In this document: positions 1 through 8,063 of the stretch, one piece after another | Numbering within the stretch: the first letter of the stretch is position 1 | How the letters are laid out: each line of letters opens with the position of its first letter | Assembly (NCBI GenBank): GCA_030429145.1 | Contig: JAUIDC010000001.1 | Span: 300,001-332,000, forward strand | DNA length: 32,000 nt | From: Candidatus Saccharimonadota bacterium | Lineage (GTDB): Bacteria; Patescibacteriota; Gracilibacteria; Absconditabacterales; Absconditicoccaceae | Direction: 5' to 3' | The notes under the pieces: generated by a model | Database searches by the model: none | Seen by the model: only the letters and a program-made list of their open reading frames with translations | What the model was told of the DNA's origin: nothing | Translations under genes and position numbers: made by a program

Positions 1-82
1 TTCAGCATGCTTCTCTCTAACAGGTAAATAATACGCTTTATCTATACCGAAAACCACCCCTGTATGCAATGCTAACTCACTC

Positions 83-110
83 TTGTATTCTTTTATTTAT
101 TTCGTATACT
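83..110 (+). promoter_or_regulatory. Predicted sigma70-type promoter of the cold-shock gene
   Basis: TTGTAT (83-88), 16-nt spacer, TATACT (105-110), about 50 nt upstream of the ATG at 163. Motif match only. Confidence 0.3.
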
Positions 111-162
111 TGATAGTAAGGAGTTATTATTCTCCAGGTTTATCTATTATACTTATAAGTTA

Positions 163-429
163 ATGCAAGGTACTGTAAAATTCTTCAACGTTACAAAAGG
201 TTTCGGATTCATCACTGACGAATCAAACCAGGATCACTTCATCCACATTTCTAACATCCCTTCAGGAGAAGCTCTTGAAGAAGGACAGGTTGTATCTTTC
301 GAGATCCGCGAAGGTAGAAACGGTAAGATGGAAGCTTACGACGTAACTACTGGTTCTGCTGGTGTAGAAGGAAACGTTGAAATCAACGACGGTTCAGACG
401 ATGATATGTCTGATGACGACGCTGAGTAA
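163..429 (+). CDS. csp: Cold-shock domain protein (CspA family) with acidic C-terminal tail
   Basis: MQGTVKFFNVTKGFGFITDE...DHFIHIS carries RNP1-like KGFGFI and RNP2-like FIHIS motifs. 88 aa, TAA stop, followed by an intrinsic terminator. Confidence 0.9.
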   Translation: MQGTVKFFNVTKGFGFITDESNQDHFIHISNIPSGEALEEGQVVSFEIREGRNGKMEAYDVTTGSAGVEGNVEINDGSDDDMSDDDAE

Positions 430-484
430 TCACGCTCTTAAAAAACTGATTATATACTTCTAGTAAATAAATGCGGTTTTGAAT

Positions 485-510
485 CTCTGTCCTCGGACAG
501 AGGTTTTTTT
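485..510 (+). terminator. Rho-independent terminator after csp
   Basis: Stem CTCTGTC / GACAGAG with a 4-nt loop, followed by G and T7. Confidence 0.7.
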
Positions 511-518
511 GTACAAAA

Positions 519-549
519 AATGCCACAGAACAGATAATTCTGTGGCATT
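519..549 (-). terminator. Hairpin terminator for the minus-strand gene ending at 569
   Basis: AATGCCACAGAA / TTCTGTGGCATT 12-bp stem. The A-run on the plus side is a T-run on the minus strand. Confidence 0.5.
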
Positions 550-568
550 ATGTATCAAGTATTTTGCC

Positions 569-1042
569 TTAGTCATGGCTCATTGCAGCTACAAATTCAC
601 CACTTAATCCTTCATTGGACATATACCAGCTACCCTCTACTATGAGTGTATCATTATTTATATGACCGGTATATACGATTATAAGGTCATGAGGTGGATT
701 CTTCCCTTTATATTTCTTGAAGAATATAAGAGGAGGAAGAGGATCTTGTTTATCATCTGGCAAGTATCCTCTCCAAACGATATCAAATTCTCCCAAATCA
801 TCGCTACCATAACCCGTCTTAACAGAGTTGGCGAATTTATTATGCTCAGCCTCCGTCAAAAAGGCTAAAACTGTTGGGCTTCCAGTGAGAAGATGTCTTA
901 TTTTCTCCAGATCATCAACTTCTTTTAACCACTTGACCGGATAGTGTTCATACCCTGGGGTCAGTGTCATCTCAAAGCTAATAATTTTACCCTCTTCTGT
1001 GAAAGTGCCTTTTATGAATGTTTTTTGTATTGCGGTTTCCAT
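569..1042 (-). CDS. Hypothetical protein (157 aa)
   Basis: Track ORF 569-1189 trimmed to METAIQKTF..., because the upstream 49 codons span the rpsI terminator hairpin. No in-frame TGA, TAA stop, no family recognised. Confidence 0.55.
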   Translation of the reverse strand: METAIQKTFIKGTFTEEGKIISFEMTLTPGYEHYPVKWLKEVDDLEKIRHLLTGSPTVLAFLTEAEHNKFANSVKTGYGSDDLGEFDIVWRGYLPDDKQDPLPPLIFFKKYKGKNPPHDLIIVYTGHINNDTLIVEGSWYMSNEGLSGEFVAAMSHD

Positions 1043-1094
1043 GTCATTATATTTTGTGAAACACAATAATATATTTTTTACAGAAAGAGTCAAT

Positions 1095-1123
1095 AAAAAA
1101 ACCCTGCCGGTGCATCGGGAGGG
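1095..1123 (-). terminator. Rho-independent terminator after rpsI
   Basis: CCCTGCCG / CGGGAGGG stem (one mismatch), 6-nt loop. The A7 run on the plus strand is a T-run 3' of the stem on the minus strand. Confidence 0.6.
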
Positions 1124-1192
1124 ATTTGCGTTTCTCTCTGAAAATAGAATTGCTTGTTTGATATGAATTTCATGCACGAATGCAAGCATATA

Positions 1193-1621
1193 TTAACGCT
1201 TTGATCGCTTTGGTTTCTTTCTCGCTTTCTTGAGACCTGGTTTCATACGCTCTTTAGATCTTGGATCTCTCTTGAGGAGACCGTATGGCTTAAGTTGTCC
1301 TCTGAGCTCAGGATCCCATTCGATAAGTGCTCTCGCAAATGCAAGTTTGATAGCATCTGCATGTCCTGCGATACCACCTGACGTCAATTTGATTTCAGCG
1401 TCAAACTTATTCACGTTATCCTTTCCAGTTACCACAATTGGAAACATAGCAAGATCATGAAGGTACTCATTACCTCCAAAGTACTCTTTCATGCTTATAC
1501 CATTCTCTCCTTTCTGGATAGTATAGTTACCTTTACCATTTGGGAAAAGTTTCACTACAGCCGTAGCTACCTTTCTTCTTCCCACAGCATATTTATAGTT
1601 TGCTTTCTTTGCAGCTGTCAT
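1193..1621 (-). CDS. rpsI: 30S ribosomal protein S9
   Basis: 142 aa. ...GGGIAGHADAIKLAFARAL...LLKRDPRSKERMKPGLKKARKKPKRSKR is the typical S9 core and basic C-terminus. Lies immediately after rplM. Confidence 0.95.
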   Translation of the reverse strand: MTAAKKANYKYAVGRRKVATAVVKLFPNGKGNYTIQKGENGISMKEYFGGNEYLHDLAMFPIVVTGKDNVNKFDAEIKLTSGGIAGHADAIKLAFARALIEWDPELRGQLKPYGLLKRDPRSKERMKPGLKKARKKPKRSKR

Positions 1622-1623
1622 GA

Positions 1624-2079
1624 TTAGTCGATACGTGTAGGATGTAAATTATCGTATTTTGCTGTCTCAGTCGTGAAGAGCTTCAATCTCTTCATGCGTC
1701 TGTCTCTGAGCTTATTCTTAGGAAGCATTCCTCTTACAGCAAACCACAATGGGTCTGTAGGCTTCTTCTGGAGCAATGTGTGGAGTGTCTTTGACTTCAC
1801 ATTACCCTTGTAACCGCTGTACGTATAGTAGAGCTTCTGTAGCAATTTCTTGCCCGTAACCTTTACCTGGTCAGCATTCTCAACTACCACAAACCCACCG
1901 GCATCCCGGAAGTCAGAATAGCTAGGATTGTTCTTTCCCATAAGCAAGTCTGCACAGATCACGGCAAGTCTTCCAAGAGTCTTCCCCTTAGCGTCTATCT
2001 TATACCATTTTCTGTTCTTTTCCAGAACCTCAGGCTTAGTATAAAGTGTTTTATTGAGATCGTTTTTCGTAAATGTCAT
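1624..2079 (-). CDS. rplM: 50S ribosomal protein L13
   Basis: 151 aa. RKWYKIDAKGKTLGRLAVICADLLMGKNNPSYS... is an L13 signature. Conserved rplM-rpsI pair. Confidence 0.95.
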   Translation of the reverse strand: MTFTKNDLNKTLYTKPEVLEKNRKWYKIDAKGKTLGRLAVICADLLMGKNNPSYSDFRDAGGFVVVENADQVKVTGKKLLQKLYYTYSGYKGNVKSKTLHTLLQKKPTDPLWFAVRGMLPKNKLRDRRMKRLKLFTTETAKYDNLHPTRID

Positions 2080-2101
2080 CGCAATTGAAAACTATAGTTA
2101 A

Positions 2102-2494
2102 TTAAATAAGTCTCACGAGTACTTTTTCAGCACCGTCTCCTACTCTGTATCCTAGTTTGTAGTCAGCTACAAAACCACTCTTCTTACCTTCAGCTTTGTA
2201 TTTTGGAAGGAGTTCATCTACGACCTTCTTCCCCTCAGCATCTGTAAAGATAGTAGCTTTTACTATTCTGATAGCCTCTCTTCTCACATCCTTCTCATCT
2301 TGGTATTTATCAAACAGACCTAAGAGTCTACCGAAAAATCTGTCAGCTTCTGATTTGATGACTTTCGCACGCTTACTTGTGGTTTTCATCTCACCTGATC
2401 TGATAAGATTCGTCAGCATAGTTCTGACCACGTTTGATCTTGTCTGATGTTCACCTGTTGTGAGTTCGATCAGCTTATTTTGCTTGTGTCTCAT
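2102..2494 (-). CDS. rplQ: 50S ribosomal protein L17
   Basis: 130 aa, MRHKQNKLIELTTGEHQTRSNVVRTMLTNLIRSGEMKTT... Lies downstream of rpoA as in the alpha operon. Confidence 0.9.
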   Translation of the reverse strand: MRHKQNKLIELTTGEHQTRSNVVRTMLTNLIRSGEMKTTSKRAKVIKSEADRFFGRLLGLFDKYQDEKDVRREAIRIVKATIFTDAEGKKVVDELLPKYKAEGKKSGFVADYKLGYRVGDGAEKVLVRLI

Positions 2495-2536
2495 TGTGGT
2501 AACTTATAGCAATAATAAATAGTGTATAGTCTATGA

Positions 2537-3532
2537 TTATCCGGCAAGTCCTTTTCCGATATTCTGGAGAGAAACAACGATTTCATCAATTGCTTTCTTT
2601 CCAAGCCCCTTCATACTCAAGAGTTCAACCTTTCTCTTCTTCTCGAGATCCTCAACATAAAGGATTGAGTTTTTAATAAGAGCGTTTCTTGTTCTTTCAC
2701 TGAGTGGAAGTGCATCAATAGGCATAGTTTTGATATTCATTTCCTCAGGAAGAGTTGTTTTCTCCTCATGAAGTTCTTCATACTCAACAAGCATATTTGT
2801 ATCGATATATGCCTCATCAAACACAAAGAGTTTTGCATATGACGCCAATACCTCACCGGCAAATGACATAAACTCCTTTGGAGATACAGATGGATATTTC
2901 GACTGCACCTCGATGATAAGATTGTCTTTCAATGCTCCTTGGAAGTCATCAATAACCTCCTCTACCTCATATCTTACATACTCAACTGCCTTAAAGTCAT
3001 TGTCAACAAGGAGAAGATTGATGTCACTTTCTCCAAGTTTTTCTTCTCTTCTTCTTAGCCAATCAATACTGTAGTATCCGTATCCTTTTTCTACTCTTAT
3101 GTCAAAGATAAGCTCTGTTCCTGGGTCTGATATCTCGCAAAGATATGCATCCTCATCAAGAAGTTCTACACCAGAAGGAAGTTTCAGATCTTTTGATGTA
3201 TATGTACCTGTTCCTTTAAATTTTTGTGATACCCACTGCAAATCCTCTACCTTATCTGAAATATTGAAACGTAGAGCCTTGAAGTTTTGAATAATATCAA
3301 CCACTGATTCCTTTACTCCATCAACTACATGGTACTCGTGAGGAACACCTTTAATTTTCATACCAGTGATTCCACCTCCTACATTGTAACCAAGGATAAT
3401 TCTTCTCATTGCATTTCCGATCGAGTGACCGAAACCTCTTGGTAGATAATTTACTTCAAATCTCATAGTAGTCTCATTGACTGTGTGTGCTTTAATCTTC
3501 GGCGCACCGATATATTTTTGTATATCCAACAT
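2537..3532 (-). CDS. rpoA: DNA-directed RNA polymerase alpha subunit
   Basis: 331 aa. N-terminal domain ...RGFGHSIGNAMRRIILG..., C-terminal domain ...IDALPLSERTRNALIKNSILYVEDL. No in-frame TGA. Confidence 0.95.
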   Translation of the reverse strand: MLDIQKYIGAPKIKAHTVNETTMRFEVNYLPRGFGHSIGNAMRRIILGYNVGGGITGMKIKGVPHEYHVVDGVKESVVDIIQNFKALRFNISDKVEDLQWVSQKFKGTGTYTSKDLKLPSGVELLDEDAYLCEISDPGTELIFDIRVEKGYGYYSIDWLRRREEKLGESDINLLLVDNDFKAVEYVRYEVEEVIDDFQGALKDNLIIEVQSKYPSVSPKEFMSFAGEVLASYAKLFVFDEAYIDTNMLVEYEELHEEKTTLPEEMNIKTMPIDALPLSERTRNALIKNSILYVEDLEKKRKVELLSMKGLGKKAIDEIVVSLQNIGKGLAG

Positions 3533-3586
3533 CCTGCGTGACGGGATAAAATATAAAAAGACTTACTAGTTGTTTAGCCGTAGTTA

Positions 3587-4204
3587 TTATGCTCTCGCGT
3601 AGAATTCAATTACTTTTAGAATATCTACAGGAAGCTCCATTTCAGATACATCTGGAAGATCCAAAACCTCTATTTTTTTATCTCATTTGATTACTTTGAG
3701 CCAAGCTAACTTAGTTTCTGCATTGTCAAATGCCTGTTGATAGAGAGGACTATTTGCAACCTTTTCTCTTACAGTGATCACATCCCCCGGTTGTACATAG
3801 TACGATGGCACGTTGTGCTTATGTCCATTGAGTTCAAAATGACCATGTGTTACCATCTGTCTTGCTTGCATGATAGTCTTTGCAAGTCCTGCTCTTAGGA
3901 TAACACTGTCCATTCTTCTTTCAAGAAACTGTACAAGCGCCTTGTCGTGGTCTGTACCCTTATTTTTAGCATATCTCAGTGAAATATTTGATACGAGCTT
4001 TCTAAACTGCTTCTCTGACATCAAGTACATTCTTTTTAGCACCTGTTTGTTTCTCAGCATTTTTCCATACTCAGAAAGTCTCGGCATATTTGCACCGTGT
4101 TGACCAGGAACACCTCTTCTTTTCTTCACGTCATATTTTGGCGTACCGAAAAGATTGAGTCATTCTCTTCTTGCTAATTTAAACTTAGGTCCTGTGTATT
4201 TCAT
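3587..4204 (-). CDS. rpsD: 30S ribosomal protein S4
   Basis: Track ORF 3683-4129 extended through in-frame TGA 4160-4162 (MKYTGPKFKLARRE-G-LNLF) and TGA 3683-3685 (...AWLKVIK-G-DKKIEVLDLPDVSEMELPVDILKVIEFYARA). 205 aa, TAA at 3587-3589. Confidence 0.9.
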
Positions 4205-4245
4205 GTGTAACTACATTGCGTTATAAAGAGTAAAATATATGTGTG

Positions 4246-4644
4246 TTACATTCTCTTTGGTCTAATTCCTTTGCACCCTCCGAACTGAATAGGCGTCTCT
4301 TCTTTGATATACATGATATCAATAAGACCAAGATCATTGATAGCTTTAAACACACCATCTCTTCCCATTCACGCTCCTCTGAATATGATACCAACTTGCT
4401 TCAATCCCATATCATCTCTTGCTTCTTTCATAACGTTTTTCGTCAAAACCTCTGCAGCATACGGAGTGTTCTCCTTTGCTCCCTTGAAGCCAGCACTTCC
4501 TGTTCCGCTTCCAGAAACCTTGTTTCCTTTTTCGTCAGTAAGTGTTACTATGGTATTGTTCTCTGTTGTTTTGACATACAGGATACCAGAAGAGATCTTC
4601 ACTCCCTTCTTTTTCTTTGTCTTTTCCTTTGTAGCTGTTGCCAT
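4246..4644 (-). CDS. rpsK: 30S ribosomal protein S11
   Basis: Track ORF 4369-4644 read through TGA 4369-4371: ...IIFRGA-G-MGRDGVFKAINDLGLIDIMYIKEETPIQFGGCKGIRPKRM. 132 aa, TAA at 4246-4248. Confidence 0.9.
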
Positions 4645-4693
4645 AAGTAATGATAAGCAATAAATATAAATTAATACGATATATTAATGAGTG

Positions 4694-5068
4694 TTATTTT
4701 TTGAGAATAGGTCTTACCTTTGCTCTACCCATAAGTCTCTTTGCTGTACGAGCATTCTTTCTTGTTGCCTGACCTCTTACTGGTAGACCAAGATTGTGTC
4801 TCATACCTCTATAACACTTGATTTCTTTCAATCTTTTGATGAATGAGTTTACCTCACGTCTTAGATCGTTCTCCAAAAGATATCCTTTGAGCTCTTCATT
4901 GATCTGCTTTTCATTCTCTTCAGTAATATCTTTCACTGAAGTCATTGGATCAATACCGATCTTCTCCAAAATCTCTTTAGATCTAGCTCTTCCGATACCA
5001 TACACGGCAGTCAGACCAATCCAAATGTTCTTATTTTCTGGAATAACGTGTCCTTGAATTCTTAGCAT
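4694..5068 (-). CDS. rpsM: 30S ribosomal protein S13
   Basis: MLRIQGHVIPENKNIWIGLTAVYGIGRARSKEIL... Start set at the second ATG of track ORF 4694-5080 to match the usual S13 N-terminus. Confidence 0.9.
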   Translation of the reverse strand: MLRIQGHVIPENKNIWIGLTAVYGIGRARSKEILEKIGIDPMTSVKDITEENEKQINEELKGYLLENDLRREVNSFIKRLKEIKCYRGMRHNLGLPVRGQATRKNARTAKRLMGRAKVRPILKK

Positions 5069-5108
5069 TATACTATGCAAGTAATAATTAAATGAAGATT
5101 ATGATAAA

Positions 5109-5222
5109 CTACCCCTGTCTTTGCTTATGTTTTACATTTTCACAAATGACACGGATTTTCCCGTTTCTCTTGATGATTTTACATTTGTTACAGATCTTTT
5201 TCACAGATGCTCTTACTTTCAT
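5109..5222 (-). CDS. rpmJ: 50S ribosomal protein L36
   Basis: [37 protein letters not shown], 37 aa. The internal ATG of track ORF 5109-5324 is used as the start. Confidence 0.9.
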   Translation of the reverse strand: MKVRASVKKICNKCKIIKRNGKIRVICENVKHKQRQG

Positions 5223-5251
5223 TGGAGTAATGATGTATGATAGTAAATAGT

Positions 5252-5518
5252 TTATGAAGTCGTATTTGATGAATCCTGTGGTGGTTTTGGCTTTGATTTT
5301 CCGTGTCTGTAGGTAATGCGTCACTTTGTCGGTTCATAAGGACTTAGTTCAACATCTACACTGTCTCAAGGTAAAATGCTGATCTTAAATTGTCTCATTT
5401 TTCCTCCGACGGTAGCCGTAACGTCAAGACCCAATTCTGGCACTCTGACAGCATAGCCACCAGGACCGAGGTTTTGCATCACTTCACCTGTTACTACAAG
5501 ACCGTTTTCTTTAGCCAT
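5252..5518 (-). CDS. infA: Translation initiation factor IF-1
   Basis: Absent from the ORF track because two TGAs split it (5366-5368, 5321-5323). [74 protein letters not shown]... 88 aa, TAA at 5252-5254. Confidence 0.85.
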
Positions 5519-5831
5519 TCAGCGCGACGTCTTTAATAAGTAAAGTTGTCTGCATAGGTCTGAAACCCTTATTTCTTTCGTATCTATTCTTTCTCTTAAA
5601 TTTCAATACATTAATCTTCTTTCCTTTTCCTGACTCTACTACATCGGCTGTTATTTTTACTTTATCAAGCGCCGGCGTACCAACCTCTACCTGTTCTCCA
5701 CTTTCATTGAAGAGAGCAAGCACAGAAAAATCAGTAAACGTTTTCTCATCTGTATCAATGAAATCAACGACGAGCTGCGTACCAGCCTGTACGATATATT
5801 GATGTCATTTCAGTTCTACTACTGCTAACAT
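5511..5831 (-). CDS. rplU: 50S ribosomal protein L21
   Basis: Track ORF 5511-5723 extended upstream through TGA 5805-5807: MLAVVELK-G-HQYIVQAGTQLVV...VLKFKRKNRYERNKGFRPMQTTLLIKDV. 106 aa. The 3' end overlaps the infA start by 8 nt. Confidence 0.85.
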
Positions 5832-5860
5832 AGTTTTTAGCTTACATTAATATGAATAAA

Positions 5861-6124
5861 TTAGACAATTTTACCAAGCTGAGCAAGCGTGTTGTATTTC
5901 GCCTTGTTCTTCTTATATGCTCCTGATACGATCGCTTTCAATCTCTTGTATCTTCTCGCACTTGGGAATTTATACTCGATAAATTTTCTGTACCATTTAG
6001 TACCGTAGTGCTTTTGCTTTTTAGCCTTATCAAGAATATGAGAAGCCCAAAGCTCTTTCTTGTAGAAAGCAATCATCCTTTCATTTGTATTGAGATCGCC
6101 TGTTCTATAAACAACAAAACCCAT
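5861..6124 (-). CDS. Small basic hypothetical protein (87 aa)
   Basis: Track ORF 5861-6280 trimmed to MGFVVYRTGDLNTNERMIAFYKK..., because the upstream part overlaps tRNA-Leu. Lys/Arg-rich, no family recognised. Confidence 0.45.
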   Translation of the reverse strand: MGFVVYRTGDLNTNERMIAFYKKELWASHILDKAKKQKHYGTKWYRKFIEYKFPSARRYKRLKAIVSGAYKKNKAKYNTLAQLGKIV

Positions 6125-6158
6125 TCTGTATATGATAAGTAGAAGATTAAAAACATTT

Positions 6159-6247
6159 TGGTGCCTGGAACCGGAATCGAACCGGTACGGGTGATTAAGC
6201 CCGGCGGATTTTAAGTCCGCTGCGTCTACCAATTCCGCCATCCAGGC
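6159..6247 (-). tRNA. tRNA-Leu (anticodon UAA), type II with long variable arm, CCA encoded
   Basis: RC reads GCCTGGATGGCGGAATTGGTAGACGCAGCGGACTTAAAATCCGCCGGGCTTAATCACCCGTACCGGTTCGATTCCGGTTCCAGGCACCA. Anticodon loop is CT-TAA-AA. Confidence 0.9.
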
Positions 6248-6288
6248 ATGGAAATCCCGGACGTCGGGACGAGTTGGCAACGCATATA

Positions 6289-6636
6289 CTACGCCATAAC
6301 GGCCTCATATATCTTGTCGAACACTTCAGGATATGCCACAGCAATGTTTGAAAGAACCTTTCTGTTGAGTGTTATACCCTTCTTTGACATCTCTCCCATA
6401 AAGACACTATATTTTGTCCCTTTTGATGTAAGAGCTGCATTGATTCTTTCGATCCAAAGTTGTCTCATATCACGCTTCATCAATTTTCTCGAAACATATT
6501 CGTGCTGACCCTGTTTTACCAAAGCAAGTCTCACCTGCTTGTAGAGGTTCTTTCTTCCAAGTCTAAACCCCTTTGCACGGTCGATATATTTCTTATGTCT
6601 TGCGTGTCTTTGTAAACCGTTTGATACTCTAACCAT
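6289..6636 (-). CDS. rplT: 50S ribosomal protein L20
   Basis: 115 aa, MVRVSNGLQRHARHKKYIDRAKGFRLGRKNLYKQVRLALVK... Part of the infC-rpmI-rplT unit. Confidence 0.95.
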   Translation of the reverse strand: MVRVSNGLQRHARHKKYIDRAKGFRLGRKNLYKQVRLALVKQGQHEYVSRKLMKRDMRQLWIERINAALTSKGTKYSVFMGEMSKKGITLNRKVLSNIAVAYPEVFDKIYEAVMA

Positions 6637-6638
6637 TG

Positions 6639-6842
6639 TTACCTAACATTGTGAGGAAGTAAAGTTTTGATTCTCGCCTCCTGTGTTTCCGATAGTGTTC
6701 TACCAGTTTTGGCATGTTTTGTTGCTCTTCCCTTATTGGTGAGCAAGTGGCTTTTTTGTGCCTTATCGTGAACGTACTTGTTTGTCTTCGTCACTCTAAT
6801 TCTTTTGGCAGTGCCTTTGTGTGTTTTTAGCTTTCCAGCCAT
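6639..6842 (-). CDS. rpmI: 50S ribosomal protein L35
   Basis: 67 aa, MAGKLKTHKGTAKRIRVTKTNKYVHDKAQKSHLL... Lies between infC and rplT. Confidence 0.9.
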   Translation of the reverse strand: MAGKLKTHKGTAKRIRVTKTNKYVHDKAQKSHLLTNKGRATKHAKTGRTLSETQEARIKTLLPHNVR

Positions 6843-6847
6843 CTGTA

Positions 6848-7351
6848 TTATTTACCCTTAGGGAATAAAATCATACTATATCAATTATTTTCTTCTTTTA
6901 CTCACTGTGATTTACTTGCGTCTTTCAAAGCTTCTTCAACGAACTTCAACTTCTCTACTACCTTATCTGCATATATTCTTTCTCTTCCTTTCAATCTTAC
7001 TGCCAATCTTACATTATATCCATCACTGAGGAACTCCTCCGCTTTCTTTATTTTCATCTGCAGATCGTTGTCTCCGATCGTATAACCAAATTTCACTTCT
7101 TTCATACCTTTTGACTTTTGTGTCTTCTTTTTCTCTTTTTCTTCTTTCTGCTTGTTATACATATATTTACCGTAGTCGACCATCTTTGCAGTACATACCA
7201 TCTCTACAGGATTGTATGCCATCTGCACAAGGTCAAGACCCTTTTCTGCAGCCATACGAAGTGCGTCGTCTCTTGCAAATGTTCCAAGATTTCCTCCATC
7301 CTCATCTACGATGACAATACGAGGAGCTTTAATCATTTCATTCGTAAACAC
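6848..7351 (-). CDS. infC: Translation initiation factor IF-3
   Basis: Track ORF 6902-7351 (GTG start) extended through TGA 6902-6904 and 6881-6883: ...ALKDASKSQ-G-VKEENN-G-YSMILFPKGK. 167 aa. N-terminal ...NEMIKAPRIVIVDEDGGNLG is typical of IF-3. Confidence 0.85.
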
Positions 7352-7575
7352 TTGTCTTTGACCTCCTTGCTGTCAGCCACGAAATTGTGATCATCCCGAA
7401 CTTCTAGCACCTTGCGCAGGACGAGGTCCTTGCGGGCGAGATCCTTGAGGACGGTTTCACTGAAACTGGCCTTGTGGTCTGTTCTGTCCTCATGTCGGAC
7501 GCGATCATGTCGAGCGCGATCATGTTGGACGTGGTGATGATTTTCTAATTTCTGACATACAATGTTTATGAACAT
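7333..7575 (-). CDS. Small ORF (80 aa) with atypical GC3-rich codon usage, function unknown
   Basis: MFINIVCQKLENHHHVQHDRARHDRVRHEDRTDHKASFSETVLKDLARKDLVLRKVLEVRDDHNFVADSKEVKDKCLRMK. Third positions are mostly G/C (GTC CTC AAG GAT CTC GCC CGC AAG GAC CTC GTC CTG CGC AAG GTG). Starts 9 nt after tRNA-Glu and overlaps the infC start by 19 nt. Confidence 0.3.
   Translation of the reverse strand: MFINIVCQKLENHHHVQHDRARHDRVRHEDRTDHKASFSETVLKDLARKDLVLRKVLEVRDDHNFVADSKEVKDKCLRMK
7491..7535. repeat. Three imperfect 15-nt tandem units
   Basis: CATGTCGGACGCGAT / CATGTCGAGCGCGAT / CATGTTGGACGTGGT, in frame with the GC3-rich ORF (His/Asp/Arg-rich repeats). Confidence 0.5.
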
Positions 7576-7583
7576 AAAACGTA

Positions 7584-7660
7584 TGGCACTCCCGGCGGGA
7601 TTCGAACCCGCGATCTCCACCGTGAGAGGGTGGCATCCTGGACCACTAGACGACGAGAGC
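7584..7660 (-). tRNA. tRNA-Glu (anticodon CUC), CCA encoded
   Basis: RC reads GCTCTCGTCGTCTAGTGGTCCAGGATGCCACCCTCTCACGGTGGAGATCGCGGGTTCGAATCCCGCCGGGAGTGCCA. Anticodon stem CCACC/GGTGG, loop CT-CTC-AC. Same architecture as E. coli tRNA-Glu. Confidence 0.9.
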
Positions 7661-7672
7661 GTCGAATATATT

Positions 7673-7746
7673 TACCCCAGCATGGACTCGAACCATGAAC
7701 CTACAGCTTAGAAGGCTGTTGCTCTATCCAATTGAGCTACTGGAGC
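7673..7746 (-). tRNA. tRNA-Arg (anticodon UCU), CCA not encoded
   Basis: RC reads GCTCCAGTAGCTCAATTGGATAGAGCAACAGCCTTCTAAGCTGTAGGTTCATGGTTCGAGTCCATGCTGGGGTA. Loop is CT-TCT-AA. Confidence 0.9.
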
Positions 7747-8063
7747 ACAAAATGTTTTTGCCAATAATAAACAAAAATCCACACAATTGTGGTTTTACAA
7801 CACGCGTGAGCATTTCCATGTTTCATTAAAGATCTACCTTCCTCAGTCGCCAACAAATCAAGGCTGACGTACCTTCTATGCACATGGCTAGCACCGAGAG
7901 GTCACTGAAGCAAGTGAGCGAACTATTTCGCATCCAGCAGAGAAACTATAAGAAAGTCAGATACAATTGCAAGAGATTATAAAACTATTTGCAATGCTCC
8001 TCCCACATCTATATGATAGTAGCACGCAAAGACGCGTTATCGTTAACAAAAAAGATCTTTAAC

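Noticed and set aside
1-162. Possible gene end or start at the left edge (frame-1 stop at 25-27, minus-strand ATG at 6-8)
   Set aside because: Too little sequence to distinguish coding from the csp upstream region, so it is not reported.
1043-1189. Upstream 49 codons of track ORF 569-1189 (MLAFVHEIHIK...)
   Set aside because: This segment contains the rpsI intrinsic terminator hairpin and T-run. The internal METAIQK start downstream of it is more plausible.
4243-4663. Plus-strand ORFs 4243-4650 and 4304-4663. Similar antisense ORFs include 662-868, 1230-1460, 2196-2447, 3099-3290, 3870-4103, 4818-5057, 7111-7390, 17373-17925, 18581-19169, 19371-19905, 20060-20278 and 21208-21507.
   Set aside because: They run antisense to well-supported genes, have low-complexity Ser/Leu/Phe/Cys-rich translations, and match no recognisable family.
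5861-6280. N-terminal portions of track ORFs 5861-6280, 7333-7620, 10511-10738 and 10931-11296
   Set aside because: These extensions run through tRNA-Leu, tRNA-Glu, tRNA-Ala and tRNA-Tyr respectively. The ORFs were trimmed to downstream starts or discarded.
7352-7583. Extending infC upstream of the GTG at 7351
   Set aside because: The in-frame upstream translation is low-complexity Gln/Gly/Pro/Arg/Ser with several TGA codons and no resemblance to the IF-3 N-terminus.
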